A stretch of DNA of 64,000 bases, taken from a candidate division WOR-3 bacterium. Its GTDB lineage: Bacteria; Hydrothermota; Tepidihabitantia; Tepidihabitantales; Tepidihabitantaceae. Positions 9,069 to 18,700 of this stretch are shown piece after piece (position 1 is the stretch's first letter; each line of letters starts with the position of its first letter). The position numbers were made by a program, and so were the translations under genes. The notes under the pieces are model-generated. The model made no database searches, was not told where the DNA came from, and saw nothing but the letters and a program-made list of their open reading frames with translations. The stretch covers positions 96,001 to 160,000 of the forward strand of contig CBFGJX010000001.1 in assembly GCA_965649225.1 (NCBI GenBank), written 5' to 3'.

Positions 9069-10421
9069 CTATCGCGTGAAGATGACCTTGAACACGATTG
9101 ACGGCGGTTGTCTCTCCCCCTGCGAAAAGGCATCAAGGTGGGGGGCGACCACAAAGTACACGCCCGGCGCCAGCCCGCTCACGTCATTCGCACCCGGCCG
9201 CAACTCAAGCACGTGCCGGCCGCAGGCGTCAAGCAGCTCCCATCGCAGGCCGTCAGTCGCCGGCTGCGGGAGGTCCAGCACGTCGCGCACGATAGCGGCT
9301 CCTGAGGCAACTCTCCTTACCCCGGCCATCGGACTCGTCTCCATCCCGACCACGCCGAATGCGCGAGCCAGCATCAGTTCCCCGGCCGCCGCGTAGGCGA
9401 TGACCGGCTCACCGAGACTGTCCAGCATGATGTCACAGACCTTCGCCCTTATCACGCCCGGCACCGACACCGGCCTCCACCCGGTCCCGCCCCAGTAAGC
9501 GAAACGCAGGGTCGTATCCCGCGGCACGTAGGCCACGCCCCGTCGGGATTGGCGGTCGGCCGCGACCGCAAGCGACAGGAAACGCACTCCCTCGACCAGA
9601 TAGTCGTCACAGTATGGATAGCGCGGTACGAGCGAATCGACGCCCATTTCGAAGCAACAGCTCACCCCGGTGTCGGCGCGTATGGCGATGTCCCAGCCCG
9701 CGACCTGGAGGTCCATCCCGCCGTTCAGCCGCTCGGTACGCCAGCCATCGGGTCTGCGCACTCTGCATTGGAAGCTCCAGTTCCAGTTCGGGTTCGGGGC
9801 GTAACGACCGGAGCCCTCGTGCATCCCAACGTGCGGCACGTTCCGGGCATCGAACTCGAGCCCGCAACAGCCGTAACGCGCGCGGTACCCCGGCTGCGGC
9901 GCATACCAGTACACGCTGTCCTTCACCCAGCCGCTGTCGGTCTTCTGCGCGAACAGCACGCCGCCGGGCAGTGAGTCGCCGTTGAAGGTGTAGGCGAGCG
10001 CGGGCCGCCCGGAGCTGTCAAAGGCGACGTGCACCTGTGCATCCAGTAACGGCAACGTCAGCCCGGTGGACTCCGCAACCCAGCCGCTGTCGGCGCGTTG
10101 GGCGAGGACGATGCGGCCCTCGTTGTCGACGACCGCGATCCCGAGTTCTCCGTGCGGGCCGACATTGAAGTCAGGACGGCAGGCCGCCACGACTCCTGCC
10201 AGCGCCGCGACTGTCTCGCGCCGCCAGGCCGTGTCGCGACGGGCAACGCGAATCGCACCGGTCAGGCTCGGATAGCAGACAAGGATGTCATTGTTCGGTG
10301 CGCGACAGATGTGAACGTACCTGCTGCCCCCGGAATCAACACGCTCGAACTCCCAGTGTGCGGCGGATGCTGACGCGCAGGTTACGGCCAGAACCAGCAG
10401 ACTTGCGCGTATGCGGCACAT
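9069..10421 (-). CDS. Secreted beta-propeller-like protein with short T9SS-like CTD
   Basis: AAGGAGG SD before ATG 10421. 'W..E.VD', 'DSSGRPALAY' and 'DSLGEPVIAY' blades. CTD present. Confidence 0.75.
   Translation of the reverse strand: MCRIRASLLVLAVTCASASAAHWEFERVDSGGSRYVHICRAPNNDILVCYPSLTGAIRVARRDTAWRRETVAALAGVVAACRPDFNVGPHGELGIAVVDNEGRIVLAQRADSGWVAESTGLTLPLLDAQVHVAFDSSGRPALAYTFNGDSLPGGVLFAQKTDSGWVKDSVYWYAPQPGYRARYGCCGLEFDARNVPHVGMHEGSGRYAPNPNWNWSFQCRVRRPDGWRTERLNGGMDLQVAGWDIAIRADTGVSCCFEMGVDSLVPRYPYCDDYLVEGVRFLSLAVAADRQSRRGVAYVPRDTTLRFAYWGGTGWRPVSVPGVIRAKVCDIMLDSLGEPVIAYAAAGELMLARAFGVVGMETSPMAGVRRVASGAAIVRDVLDLPQPATDGLRWELLDACGRHVLELRPGANDVSGLAPGVYFVVAPHLDAFSQGERQPPSIVFKVIFTR
9154..9251. 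repeat. 98-bp direct repeat, copy 2 (CTD-coding segment)
   Basis: 95/98 identical to 6937..7034. Confidence 0.9.
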
Positions 10422-10598
10422 TGGCAAACCTCCTTGCCCGATTGTAGTGCTTGAACCAACGGGCGTCAAGGCCAGGGAGACGCCCCAGCTCAGTCTGGAC
10501 CGTTACGACGGCACGTGGAATGTCGGAACAGCTCGGCCATTTGCAACCGGCCGGAGGGTCGTGACGGCCGGCACAGCTTCGTTACTCCTGCCGCTTCC

Positions 10599-12509
10599 TT
10601 ACCGTGCCACAACAACCCTGCCGACAGCATTCAACTCGCCGCCGGCAGCACCTGTAACGGCATAAATAATGAAGTACACTCCCGGTGCCAACCCGCTCAC
10701 GTCATTTACCCCCGGGCTGAGTGCCATGACCTTCCGACCGCTGACATCCAGCAGCGCCGGCTCTGACGCGGTACCGACAAACTCAGAACCCAGTCTTAGA
10801 ACCCCGCCAACAACATGGCAGTTCAACCGGAGTCGGCACAGCTCTTCGGAACGCCGGCTGACCGCCGTACCGATGCCAAGTTCGGCATCGTCCCAGTACA
10901 CTGTGCCGGCGCGGCCTTCGAGCACGAGGCAGAGCCGGGCCGAAGCGGTGTTGTTCGGGGCCTGCACCAGGCCGGTAGAGAGCCGGCGCCAGCCCAGTGA
11001 GTCGGCCACAAGGTCGGCCGAGACCGCCCGGCCGAGCAGGTTGCGCCGCGCGTCGTGCCACTCGACCTCAAGCCGGCACCGGCTGATGCGGGCGTCGTTC
11101 TTGTAGGCCCAGGCCGAGAACTCGTACTGGCTGCCGGGTGCGGCGATGACGTCCTGATACAGCACCGAGCGCACCGGGCGCGGGTAGCCCAGGGTGTCGG
11201 GCCGGTGGCTGAGGCTTGCGGCTCCGGTGCGCACTGGCGCGGTCTCGCGCCGAAAGCGGGCCCGGCGGCCTTCATACCAGCCGACAGGGTTGGCCGAGGT
11301 GTCGGACGGCACGGCCAGCGTGTCCAGCCGCCACTGCTCAAAACCGCCGTTGGTGAAGCTGGCCAGCGGCCGGTTGAAGGCCTCGCGCAGGGCGTTCCAG
11401 AGCTCGGGCCGTGCACCGTCATAGCCCAGGGCCCACATCCCGGCGCCGAGAAAGCCGTGCTCGTTGGCCTTGCTGTACTTCAAGACGAGACTGGTGTCGT
11501 CGTCAAACCAGCCCTGGCGCCAGCCGCCCGAATTGTAGGCATACCAAGGCGCCTTGCCTTCATCGTTCCAGCGGTAGCCGTAGGCCGCGGCCCGGCTGGC
11601 GGCTTCGCTGTACCAGCAGGCTTCGCCCGGTCCGGTCGTGCGCGCGCGCACCGTGTCGGCATCGGTCGGCCACTGGTAGCAGTACAGCGGCAGACCCAGC
11701 CAGAGCTTCGCACCGTTGCCCAGCGTGCTCAGGTAGTAGTCTATCGCCATCTGCAGGTTGCCGTAGAAGGTCCAGCCGACAAGCGGCGCAACCGGCCCGG
11801 CCTCAGGCCCGGCCAGCCAGTGAAAGTCGTAGCCCATGATGAACAGGCCGTCGGTGGTGTCGGCGAGCGCGGCGAGGTCGTAGGCCCGTTCCTGGTTCAA
11901 GGGCGGCGTGGCCAGGGTCAGCTCAAGCCCCGCCGCACGGCAGGCCGCCGAGAGCCGCCGGACAAACAGCGTGAAGGTGTCCCGGTCGCCGTACCACAGC
12001 CCCTCAAAGTCAATATTGATGCCGTCCATCCCGGCCGAGTCGGCCAGCGCCACAAGGTTGGGAATCGAGCCCGGGGCGCGGATCGCGCCGTGGATGTTGG
12101 CCCAATCAAAGCAGGTCGCCACCATCTCGACCTTGACCCCGTTGCGCCGGGCCCGGTCTATCAGGGAGGCCCAGCGGCCGGGAAAACCGTAGAGGTTGGT
12201 GATTGAGCCGTCGGGGTTGAGCGTGACGTCAAACAGCCCGATGCGGTCGAGCAGGTCATAGCGCAGCCAGCGCTCGTCGGCCCAGTAGGGCGCGTAGCCG
12301 TAGATTGAACGGGTGAGCGTCGTCTCGGGCTGAGATGCAGGCCGCGCCGGTACCCATGAGAGCGCAACCGGCCCGGACCAGTAGTATTCCGCCCCGCGAT
12401 GGCGCTCCGCCTCGGCACGGTTGCCTGCCTGACTGCAAGCGTAGTCCGGGCCCGGCCCGAAAACGGCCGTGCCGGCCACGGTCAGCAACAGAAGCGGCAA
12501 TGATGCCAT
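10599..12509 (-). CDS. Glycoside hydrolase family 18 + CBM-like jelly roll + T9SS-like CTD
   Basis: Catalytic DGINIDFE, IMGYD, LGLPLY and GMWALGYD motifs. FTNGGFE...VYWDDAEL CBM-like module. LAPGVYFI CTD. Confidence 0.88.
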   Translation of the reverse strand: MASLPLLLLTVAGTAVFGPGPDYACSQAGNRAEAERHRGAEYYWSGPVALSWVPARPASQPETTLTRSIYGYAPYWADERWLRYDLLDRIGLFDVTLNPDGSITNLYGFPGRWASLIDRARRNGVKVEMVATCFDWANIHGAIRAPGSIPNLVALADSAGMDGINIDFEGLWYGDRDTFTLFVRRLSAACRAAGLELTLATPPLNQERAYDLAALADTTDGLFIMGYDFHWLAGPEAGPVAPLVGWTFYGNLQMAIDYYLSTLGNGAKLWLGLPLYCYQWPTDADTVRARTTGPGEACWYSEAASRAAAYGYRWNDEGKAPWYAYNSGGWRQGWFDDDTSLVLKYSKANEHGFLGAGMWALGYDGARPELWNALREAFNRPLASFTNGGFEQWRLDTLAVPSDTSANPVGWYEGRRARFRRETAPVRTGAASLSHRPDTLGYPRPVRSVLYQDVIAAPGSQYEFSAWAYKNDARISRCRLEVEWHDARRNLLGRAVSADLVADSLGWRRLSTGLVQAPNNTASARLCLVLEGRAGTVYWDDAELGIGTAVSRRSEELCRLRLNCHVVGGVLRLGSEFVGTASEPALLDVSGRKVMALSPGVNDVSGLAPGVYFIIYAVTGAAGGELNAVGRVVVAR

Positions 12510-12671
12510 TAAAGCCTCCTGACCTCAGAACCGTTGCACAACAGGCTCCCAAGCCGCCGGTTCACCGTCTGACACAACAGACCGCCGACACCGTAGTGTC
12601 AGCGGCAAGGCCGTGTTCAGTTTGCCTGGTAGCGTATATCCGGGATGCGCGGCCGTAGGATGCCCCTCTAG

Positions 12672-13046
12672 TCAGGGCAGGACGGTGATATGCAGCGTAT
12701 CCGACCAGCCCGACTTTCGACCATTGATGTCCTGTGCCCGGGCGGTAATCCCGTAACGGCCAGCGGCAGCGTAAACATGGGTTCGGAAAATCGTGTCGAT
12801 CATCGAGAAGAGTGGCGTCAACTCGGTTCTGGTCGTATCACCCCAGATAATCTCAAATGCAATATAGTCTTCGTCCGGATCAGACGACCACACTCCCAGT
12901 CGGACGGTATCACCGGCACGGGTGGTGTCCGGCCCGAACAGTACCGGCGTGCTCGGCGGTGTGTTGCTGAAGCAACCGACAGTCACCCCCAGCAGTATCA
13001 GGGCGGTAAGCAGCAACAACTTCGCGGCTCGCATTTCGCTGTTCAT
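12672..13046 (-). CDS. PKD/Ig-like domain lipoprotein
   Basis: Lipobox VTVGC. NTPPSTP, SDPD.D, WGD, HVY...G.Y and SGWS motifs. Confidence 0.75.
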   Translation of the reverse strand: MNSEMRAAKLLLLTALILLGVTVGCFSNTPPSTPVLFGPDTTRAGDTVRLGVWSSDPDEDYIAFEIIWGDTTRTELTPLFSMIDTIFRTHVYAAAGRYGITARAQDINGRKSGWSDTLHITVLP

Positions 13047-13095
13047 CAATGGCACAAGCTAAACGCACTCAGGCCGAAGTCAAGCTCAGCCCGGT

Positions 13096-15324
13096 CTAAC
13101 GGCAGACACTGAAGCGCTGGCAGCCAACCACACCTTCGCTGTCCTGCAGGCGCAAAACATAAAGACCGCTGCCGAGATTGGACAAGTCAACAGTCGCCGG
13201 TCCCTCGATGCGGCGCTTAAGCACGACCCGGCCAGCAACATCGTAGATACTCATGGTCGCCCAACCGCGCCACCCTTCCAACCGGGCCGGCCCACGCACC
13301 ACTGACGGATACATCCTCACCCGGGACAATACCGATGCTTCCTGATTGGGTTTCGGCTCACTTGCCCGGTATCGGACAACAAAGGCCTGCACTGCTGTGT
13401 CGCCGTGTGGCTCTTCATTCTCACACCAGAGACTGCAGCGGGCAACATAGTGGCCTGGCATGACTGTCCATGGCCGGAATGCTATTGCGACCTCTGCCCC
13501 GGGTTCGATTGTTGCAGCGACCGAATCGGAGTAATGGACTGCAGCAAGCCGAACGTCGTCCAGCCGAAGACCACCGCTGGCATCGCCGCCAACCCGACGG
13601 AATCCGACGCGCAACAGCGTATCGCCGACCGCTGCGAAACCGACCCGCAGTTCCTGCTGTTCATCGCCCACGCTTCCGCCACCGACCAGCACCGCGTTCT
13701 GGCCGGATTCCGGGTCCCAGTAACCAGCCCAAACCTCAACCGACTCTACCGCCTGCCCGCACGCCGCAGCTTGAAAGCAGATCGTATCACCCGGGCCTAA
13801 CCGCACCAGCGGGGTCAGAAGCCAGCTCTCGCTGTCCGCACCCGACCCTTCAGAACGACATTCAGCCCTTCCATCAACTCCACCGGAATCGCTGACAAAC
13901 ACCCAGTTCTTTGCCCCTGAGCCGACAATCTGCCAGCCGACCGGCAGCAGACCTGTTGCGCCATCGAAACCTTCATCAATACCGCCACCAGGCCGCTCAA
14001 TCCGGAAGAACGCCCTCACCGCTCCCGGCTGCCCGCCCCGGTTTGCCGCCCTGAAAGCAGGAACCACCACACCAGGCAAAGCGTCTGCAATCGGGCGCAC
14101 GATTTCGGTCAACGCCACATCGGCCGGAGCGACCGCAATCTCAGGCGGCCGGACGGCAACAACCCCCACCGGCCCGCCATACCCGAGATTGATTACAACA
14201 TCCAGCGGTGTACTGCCCCAGCAGTCATGCACCATCACCCAGTCCCGGCTCGGCGGCCCCCAGCCGCAGAACGTCACCGTGTGATTGCCGTACTGCGGGT
14301 GACCAAGCAGGCAGAGCACACCTGGTCGGCCACTGTCAATCTCGGCAACGAGCAGGTCGGTATTGTCCCAGGAAAGCCAACTGACGAAGCCGTATTCAGC
14401 ACCCCAGCGCGGGTCGTTGCATACCTCGGCGATACCCAGCGGAATCCGCTCACCCGCGGTCGAACCGTTACCCAGAGTGTCGGTCTCCATCGCGACAGCC
14501 AGTTTTCGGCTCACATCGGGCACGCTGTCAATATCGCCCTCAATCGGGTCATACACGCCACGAAAGACCGTATCAACTAACCGGTCGAACCCGTGCCGGT
14601 CCCAGTAAGTCAGAATGTTGGCCGCCGCGGTCGGCGCACAGCCATAGTGCCAGTCCCAGTCCGGGATTGCTTCAATCCAGCACTGACCATCCTGCTCAAG
14701 CATTGCCGACCCGGACCGGAAGCACTGCCAGAGCTCGGTATTCAGCATCAATTGGCCGATGGACGGTAACATCGGTTGAACCCGAAGAATCTCGGCCGGT
14801 ATGGCCGGCCGCAACCCGCGCACCGAGACAAGGATGGTATCGTCCTCAACGGCACAACTGAACCACAGGTCCAGCGGTGAGTAATACACCCGGCCGACGA
14901 TTTCCGGATTACACCCACCCAGCAGCCTGCTCGCGACAGCCTTCGCTTCGTCCGCACAAAGCCGGTCCGGCGCCGGCCCCTGATAGTGCAGCAGCACCGG
15001 CGGCATCAGCGTGCTGGCCCCGACCATTACCGTAACCAGTCTGCCATCGCCAAGCTCACGCTCACACACGTACACCGCCGGCTCATTTCCGGTATCGCAG
15101 TACAACCAGCAGCCGGTGGGATGGCCCGGGCCGTAGACGTTATCGGCAAACAGCCCCGCAACTGCCACCGCTTCGTTTTCGCCAATTGAAGCCGACAAGG
15201 CATGCGCTGCCGCCACCCCAAAAGCCAAAAAGACCGCAACTACCCCGACGCCAACGGCTGGCCTTGGGCCGGCCCGAATACTGCGCCCGGAGCAACCTGC
15301 GCTGGATGTCAACACTCGCACCAC
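13096..15324 (-). CDS. Secreted papain-like cysteine peptidase (C10/C39-like) with adhesin/CARDB-like domains and T9SS type A CTD
   Basis: YGCAPTAAANILTYW (catalytic Cys), GNHTVTFCGW (His), HDCWG. C-terminus YPSVV...IYDVAGR...LGSGLYVL. Start uncertain. Confidence 0.75.
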   Translation of the reverse strand: MVRVLTSSAGCSGRSIRAGPRPAVGVGVVAVFLAFGVAAAHALSASIGENEAVAVAGLFADNVYGPGHPTGCWLYCDTGNEPAVYVCERELGDGRLVTVMVGASTLMPPVLLHYQGPAPDRLCADEAKAVASRLLGGCNPEIVGRVYYSPLDLWFSCAVEDDTILVSVRGLRPAIPAEILRVQPMLPSIGQLMLNTELWQCFRSGSAMLEQDGQCWIEAIPDWDWHYGCAPTAAANILTYWDRHGFDRLVDTVFRGVYDPIEGDIDSVPDVSRKLAVAMETDTLGNGSTAGERIPLGIAEVCNDPRWGAEYGFVSWLSWDNTDLLVAEIDSGRPGVLCLLGHPQYGNHTVTFCGWGPPSRDWVMVHDCWGSTPLDVVINLGYGGPVGVVAVRPPEIAVAPADVALTEIVRPIADALPGVVVPAFRAANRGGQPGAVRAFFRIERPGGGIDEGFDGATGLLPVGWQIVGSGAKNWVFVSDSGGVDGRAECRSEGSGADSESWLLTPLVRLGPGDTICFQAAACGQAVESVEVWAGYWDPESGQNAVLVGGGSVGDEQQELRVGFAAVGDTLLRVGFRRVGGDASGGLRLDDVRLAAVHYSDSVAATIEPGAEVAIAFRPWTVMPGHYVARCSLWCENEEPHGDTAVQAFVVRYRASEPKPNQEASVLSRVRMYPSVVRGPARLEGWRGWATMSIYDVAGRVVLKRRIEGPATVDLSNLGSGLYVLRLQDSEGVVGCQRFSVCR

Positions 15325-15514
15325 AGACCAGCAATCTCAGTGCCAGAACGCAAAGGGTGGCGCAATGCCGTAACATATTGACTGTCAGTCGCTTACTCGT
15401 CTGTCCCCCAAACTGCGCGACCGGCGACATCGCCTGTGAACAGCAGGCTAGTATCTATAACAACTTGAAAAACAAGGCCGTTACAAATTGCGACAGCATC
15501 CGCCAACTCCTGCC

Positions 15515-15758
15515 TTGACAATCCAGCCCGGCTTCGCTATATCTGATAAAGGTATCTGGGTTTTGCTCCCTTTGAGGGGCGCTCGCGGCCTTCGGGCTCG
15601 CCGCGACAGCATGCGGGGTTGCGTAAATCCAGTGGCAAAAGATAAGCGCTTTTTTAGCGGGCGACGGTCGTAGGTAATTGCTGTCGCCGGCATTTGTTAC
15701 CTGGGTTTGTGGGCTTGACCTCTCTTGACAGGGAGGTGCAAATGACAGGAGGATTGAG
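15515..15758 (+). promoter_or_regulatory. sigma70-like promoter plus about 210-nt structured 5' leader of the CARDB-repeat/PorV-OmpA operon
   Basis: TTGACA (15515)-N17-TATATC. Several helices including a C(UUCG)G loop. AGGAGG SD at 15747. Confidence 0.5.
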
Positions 15759-18700
15759 ATGCGCCCCGTCAGGCTGCTTCTTTGCCTGGTCGGTTACTGC
15801 GCGGTTGTCTGGTGCAGTTCGCCGCTGGCTTACGGCAATACGCCCGGCAATCCAACAGATGCCGCACCCGGATTCTGCCGACACGACATCGGTGCAACGA
15901 GCATCCGCTGGCCGCGCGATACTGTGGCCCTCGACACCGTTAGTAATCCCCGGGCCTGGATTTACAACTTCGGCGACTTCACCGAGTCGGGCTTCCCGGT
16001 CACCTTCCTCGTCATCGCCGGTACCGACACGCTCTACCGGGCCACAGACACCTTCCGGGCAGAGCTGCCCCCCGGCACCAATGCGACGATGCTGTTCCCG
16101 CAGTGGACAGCGCGGCCGACCGGTCAGTATACCGCAGTCTGCTACACACAACTCGCCGGTGATGCCTCAAGAGCGAACGACACGACCCGCCACTCTTTTC
16201 TGGTTCGGGACTGCCGCGGTGACGTCGGCGCAACTCTCATCCTCGCGCCAACCGGTACGGTTGACTCCGGCGTACTCGTCACCCCGCGCGCGGTCATCAG
16301 AAACTATACCGGGCGCGCTGAGACGTTCCCGGTAACTCTGCGCATCGGCAGCCTCTACACACAGACCCAGCAGTGCAGCCTGCCCGGCTTTGCCATCGAC
16401 ACCGTCGAGTTTGCGCCGGCCTGGACCGCACAGCCACCCGGCAATTATCCGGTCATCTGCTTCACCGCGCTCACGGCTGATGCTGACCGTTCCAATGATA
16501 CTGCCCGCTCGTCGGTCACGGTGCTCGATTGCCCACGCCATGACGTCGGCGCGCTCGAGATTGTCTGGCCACGCGGCCAGATCGACTCCGGCTCGGTGGT
16601 CACGCCCCGCGCGGTAATCCGCAACTACGGCAACCGCGACGAAACCTTCCCGGTCACCCTGCGCATCGGCATCGTCTACTCACGGACAATCACCACATCG
16701 CTTGCGGTTGGCGCGATCGACACGGTGAGCTTCCCGGCCTGGACAGCCCACCCGCTCGGCGGCCACACGACGGTCTGCTTCACCAACCTCTGGAACGACG
16801 AAAACCGCGCCAATGATACGACCTGGGGCGAAATCTGCGTGGTCCGTCCTGCCCGTCACGATGTCGGCACAGAAGCCATCCTCGCGCCGCTCGGTATCGT
16901 CGATTCCGGCACGCTGCACCTGCCCCGCGCGATCATCCACAACTACGGCACGCGCAGCGATTCGTTCCCGGTGACATTTGAAATCGAAGGCGGCTACAGC
17001 GCAACCGAGCGCCGCACCCTGTTGCCGGGCCAGACTGACACAGTTGACTTCCTGCCCTTCTGGAGGGCGCAGCCGCTGGGCAGCCTCGCCGTTCGTTGTT
17101 TCACCGCGCTTGCAAGCGATACGAACCGCGCCAACGACACCGCCCGCGCTTCGGTGACGGTGGTCGTGCCGGAGGTCCACGACGTCGGCGTCGCCGCAAT
17201 CCTCGCGCCGGTCGGCACGCTCGACTCCGGAGCGGTCGTCACGCCGCTCGCGCTCGTGCGCAACTACGGCACGCGTGACGAAAGCTTTCCGGTGAGTTTG
17301 AGTATCGGCGCTGACTACGAACAGACTGTTGACCTCGAACTTGCCGCCGGACGCGACACAACCCTGACCTTCCCGGACTGGATTGCCCAGCCCGTAGGCA
17401 GCCACGCGGTCACCTGTCTCACTCGACTGGCCGCAGACGAGAATCGCGCCAACGACACCGCCCGCACGACGGTCGAGGTTCGTTCGCTGCCCCGCAACGA
17501 TGTCGGAACGCTGGCGATACTCGCGCCGGTCGGCACGGTGGACTCAGGCAGCGCCCACACCCCGACCGCGGTCATCCACAACTTCGGCAATCGCCGGGCG
17601 ACCTTCCCGGTCACGTTCACGATCAGCGACGGCTACGCGCGCACTCTGAACCTGTCGCTCGACCCGGGTCAGACCGACACGGTCATCTTCCCGGCGTGGG
17701 TCGCGGCACTACCAGGAACCCACGCCTGCACCGTCTACACCGCGCTCGGAGAGGACGTCGACCGTTCCAACGACACCACTGCCGCCACAGTTACCGTCAG
17801 GGCACTGCCCCCGCCCGATGTCGGCGTCATTCACATTCTTGCCCCGACCGGCTTCGCTGAACTCGGCCAAGTCATCATCCCGCGTGCCGTGGTCCGGCAC
17901 TGGCCGGACACGACCGACGCCCAGGTCACGTTCCCGGTCACGATGACCATCGGCTCGACCTACCGCGAATCGCTGATCGTCACACTGCCCGGCGGCGCCA
18001 GCCGGACGGTCGAGTTCCCGGCCTGGAATGCCGGGCCGCTCGGCCAACACGAGGTCGTCTGCTTCACGCAGCTTGAGCCCGACCCGAATCGCGCCAACGA
18101 CACCGCCCACACGACGGTCGAAATCATCACCGTGCCGCGTCACGACGTCGGTGCCACGGCCATCCTCGCGCCCGCGGGCACGCTCGATTCCGGCACGGTA
18201 CACACGCCTCAGGCTGTCATCCGCAACTTCGGCACCCGTGATGAAACTTTCCCGGTGACATTCCGCATCGGCGATGGCTACACCGAAACGCTGCTGCGCC
18301 AGCTCGCCCCGGGCCAGGTTGACACGGTCCGCTTCCCGCTCTGGATTGCCCAGCCGCTCGGCCGTCATGCGACGCTATGCTATACTGCGCTGGACCGCGA
18401 CGAAGACCGGTCCAACGACACGGTCTGGGGCACGGACTCGGTCGAAGTCGTGCGCCACCTGCGGCCTGATGTCGGGGCAATGCGCATCATCGCCCCGGCC
18501 GGCCGCTATGACTCGGGCGAGGTCGTCGCACCGAGCGCAGTTATCCGCAACTTTGGCAACACGGCCGACAGTTTCCCGGTCACCTTTGCGGTCGCCGGTT
18601 ACGCCGACACGCTCTGGACCTTCCTGACACCCGGGCAGATTGACACGGTCACGTTCCGCGACTGGATTGCCCAGCCGGTGGGCCGCCACTTGCCGGTCTG

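Noticed and set aside
6937..9251. 98-bp repeat pair as a diversity-generating retroelement TR/VR
   Set aside because: Mismatches are not adenine-specific on one copy, both copies are coding, and there is no reverse transcriptase in the window.
15742..16335. Alternative-frame ORF with its own GGAGG-ATG overlapping the giant repeat gene
   Set aside because: Ser/Pro/Arg-rich composition typical of off-frame GC-rich sequence, with no recognisable motif.
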